From positions 1-64,000 of the forward strand of contig JALUTT010000085.1 of NCBI GenBank assembly GCA_027021705.1: a stretch of DNA of 64,000 nucleotides. The letters run 5' to 3'. Position 1 is the first letter of the stretch; every line of letters starts with the position of its first letter. The notes beneath the pieces are model-generated. The model made no database searches. It was not told the DNA's origin and saw nothing but the letters and a program-made list of their open reading frames with translations. This DNA is from Anaerolineae bacterium. Lineage in GTDB: Bacteria > Chloroflexota > Anaerolineae > S140-20. A program made the position numbers and the translations under genes. Below, one piece after another: positions 62,091 to 64,000 of the stretch.

Positions 62091-63194
62091 AAGGAGCTTC
62101 GTGCTCTGGAGGCCCAGCAGGTCGTGGGTGTCAGCCCGCCGCCAGAACCAGAACCTTCACACCCCTCCATCCGCGTCTTCATCAGCGGCACCATCCGAGA
62201 CCTCCGGGCCGAGCGAGAGGCCGTGGAACAGGCCCTCCGGCACCTCGATCTGGAAACCCTGCGGGCCGAGACCATCGGCTCCCAGTCGGCCAGCCCCTAC
62301 GAGGTCAGCCTGATGCTGGCCCAGCAGTGCGACATCTACCTGGGCCTCTACGGCGGACGCTACGGTACCATCGTGCCCGGCGATGGCCGCTCCATCACCG
62401 AGATCGAGTATCAGACCGCCCGCAACCAGGGCAAACCGATCCTCATCTACCGCAAGAAGGGGGTAGAGGTAGAGCCGGAACAGGAAGAGTTCCTACAGTT
62501 CGTCGGCGACCTGACCGGCGGTCACATCTGGCGGGAGTTCGGCCCCGATGACGTGCCCGACAACCTGATGGCCTGGGTGCAAGAGGACGTGCGGGCGGAG
62601 GTTCGGCGTCACCCCGAGTGGGCTCGGCGTCCCCCGGCCCGGGGCCGCGTCCTCCTGGCCTCCCTGGGCCGCTCGCCCGGGGCCGTCACCGGCCTCTACC
62701 ATGCCCTGGTCCGCGACGGCAAGCCGGTCACCCGCGTCGTCACCTTCTCCTCCACCCATCGGGATGTGCGCGACGCGGCCGGCATCTGTAGGCAAGAGTT
62801 CCACTGGCTGGGGGTCCCCTACGCCAACCGTCTCATTGACGCCGAAGACATCGCCAGCGAGGACGATGCCCGCGAGTTCAAGTCCTGCTTCTACGGTCTG
62901 CTCCAGGAGAGCCTGGGGAGCGGCGCTGAGGTCCTGGTGGGCATCACCGGCGGGCGGACGGTGATGGGAGCGCTGATGGCCGTCGTCGTACAGACCACCG
63001 CCCCTGGACAGGCCGCCCTCTACCACCTGGACGTGGACGACGACATCGAGGAAGACGGTCGCCTGCCCCGGCTGTGGGATTTCGAGGGCACGGAGCGGTG
63101 GCGGGAACTCCTGGACCCACCTCCGGAGAAGTGTCGGCTGGTCCGAGTGCCTTACGTCCGCTTCCCAAGCCAATCCTCCGCCGGCGGCCGATAG
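61914..63194 (+). CDS. Y module-DUF4062-CARF (Csx14/NE0113-like) fusion
   Basis: RVFISGTIRDL..ER, CDIYLGLYGGRYG, SITEIEY; LLASLGRSPGAVT, EDI.S..D, ITGGRTVM, LYHL. Confidence 0.78.
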   Translation: MTDHLDLEKEVEHLRERLRIHRRTLMILEKQIAQFTEMEAPVHKLNQRDQVRAEIQRLEKELRALEAQQVVGVSPPPEPEPSHPSIRVFISGTIRDLRAEREAVEQALRHLDLETLRAETIGSQSASPYEVSLMLAQQCDIYLGLYGGRYGTIVPGDGRSITEIEYQTARNQGKPILIYRKKGVEVEPEQEEFLQFVGDLTGGHIWREFGPDDVPDNLMAWVQEDVRAEVRRHPEWARRPPARGRVLLASLGRSPGAVTGLYHALVRDGKPVTRVVTFSSTHRDVRDAAGICRQEFHWLGVPYANRLIDAEDIASEDDAREFKSCFYGLLQESLGSGAEVLVGITGGRTVMGALMAVVVQTTAPGQAALYHLDVDDDIEEDGRLPRLWDFEGTERWRELLDPPPEKCRLVRVPYVRFPSQSSAGGR

Positions 63195-63216
63195 CCCCCC
63201 ACCCCGAGGAGCCCCT

Positions 63217-64000
63217 ATGCCCACGGTCGTCACGGTCCACCTCTCCACGGCAGATCCGCTCTTCTTCGACGAGACCTGGCCCCTGGAGACGCCCTTCCGG
63301 CAGCTCCTGGCCGCTGCTCACCCATCCCCACCGCCGACCGGGGGGCAACACGACGCCTTCCTGCCCTACACCCTCTCCCCCCTCTGGCGGGTCCACCGCC
63401 GGCAGCGCCCCAACCCGGGGAGGGCAACCCCGACCGCCTACCGATGGCGGATCTGCCTCCTCGACGACGCCCTCGCCCCTCCCCTCCTGGCCGGCCTCCA
63501 GGCGATGGAGACGCTGGCGCTGCAGGGTGCTTCCCTCACCGTCGAGGAGGTGACCGTCGAGGCGCAGAGCTACCCCCAACTCGCCCGCCAGGCCCAGGAG
63601 CAGGTCGGTGGCCGGCCCGAGAGCGCCCGCCGCCTCTCCCTGGAGTTCATCACCCCCGTCGTCCTGCACCGGTCCGGGCTCCCCATGCCCCTGCCGGACC
63701 CCCTCCTCGTCTTCCGCCACTACCTCCTCTGCTGGGACACCTTCGCCCCGCCGGAGCTCCGGGTCAACGTCAACCTCCTCGACGCCGTCGCCTTCCACGT
63801 CGCCCTGACGGAGCACCGGCTGGAGACCCGGCGCGTCCGGCTGGCGGGGAAGCCCCCCCGAGTCGGCTTCCTGGGGAACGCCACCTACACCGTGATGGCC
63901 TGGGAGAAGCTCGGCCCGGACTTCCTGGCGACGCTGCACGCCCTGGCCCGGTTCGGGGCCTTCTGCGGCACCGGTGAGATGACGGCCCAGGGTCTGGGGC
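63217..64000 (+). CDS. cas6: Cas6 endoribonuclease (3' end beyond window)
   Basis: Manual translation: PYTLSPL, LEFITP, PLPDP, GFLG, C-terminal G-loop CGTGEMTAQGLG. Confidence 0.85.
   Translation, partial: MPTVVTVHLSTADPLFFDETWPLETPFRQLLAAAHPSPPPTGGQHDAFLPYTLSPLWRVHRRQRPNPGRATPTAYRWRICLLDDALAPPLLAGLQAMETLALQGASLTVEEVTVEAQSYPQLARQAQEQVGGRPESARRLSLEFITPVVLHRSGLPMPLPDPLLVFRHYLLCWDTFAPPELRVNVNLLDAVAFHVALTEHRLETRRVRLAGKPPRVGFLGNATYTVMAWEKLGPDFLATLHALARFGAFCGTGEMTAQGLG

Noticed and set aside
51998..64000. CRISPR array and cas1/cas2 adaptation genes
   Set aside because: None are visible; the window ends inside cas6, so their absence from the locus cannot be concluded.

Overview
This is a high-GC (roughly 65-70% by eye) bacterial chromosomal window, most consistent with Chloroflexota/Anaerolineae. 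That placement is inferred from gene content and intergenic 7-9-mer repeat arrays. Left to right it carries: an ArsR-MATE-heterodimeric ABC efflux operon; a promoter and structured leader feeding an apparently deletion-fused ABC ATPase/permease; a DtxR/FeoA/FeoB/VIT1 metal-uptake cluster; two ECF sigma/anti-sigma modules with secreted targets; and a complete 14-subunit nuoA-N operon on the minus strand. The nuo operon is repeatedly interrupted by accessory genes and by intact or eroded toxin-antitoxin modules. It is followed by glgC, proteases, a large secreted nuclease and a type III-D-like CRISPR-Cas operon (HD-less, GGDD-containing Cas10; cas6 runs off the window; no array visible). The most striking observation is a three-gene insert before cas6 built from two short, repeated helical modules (Y and X): Y'-TPR-X, Y-X, and Y-DUF4062-CARF. 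It may be a cyclic-oligoadenylate-responsive adaptor/effector chain. Other notable items are a dispersed ~95-bp inverted-repeat element family and two candidate regulatory RNA leaders. All family assignments are by motif recognition, without database searches.
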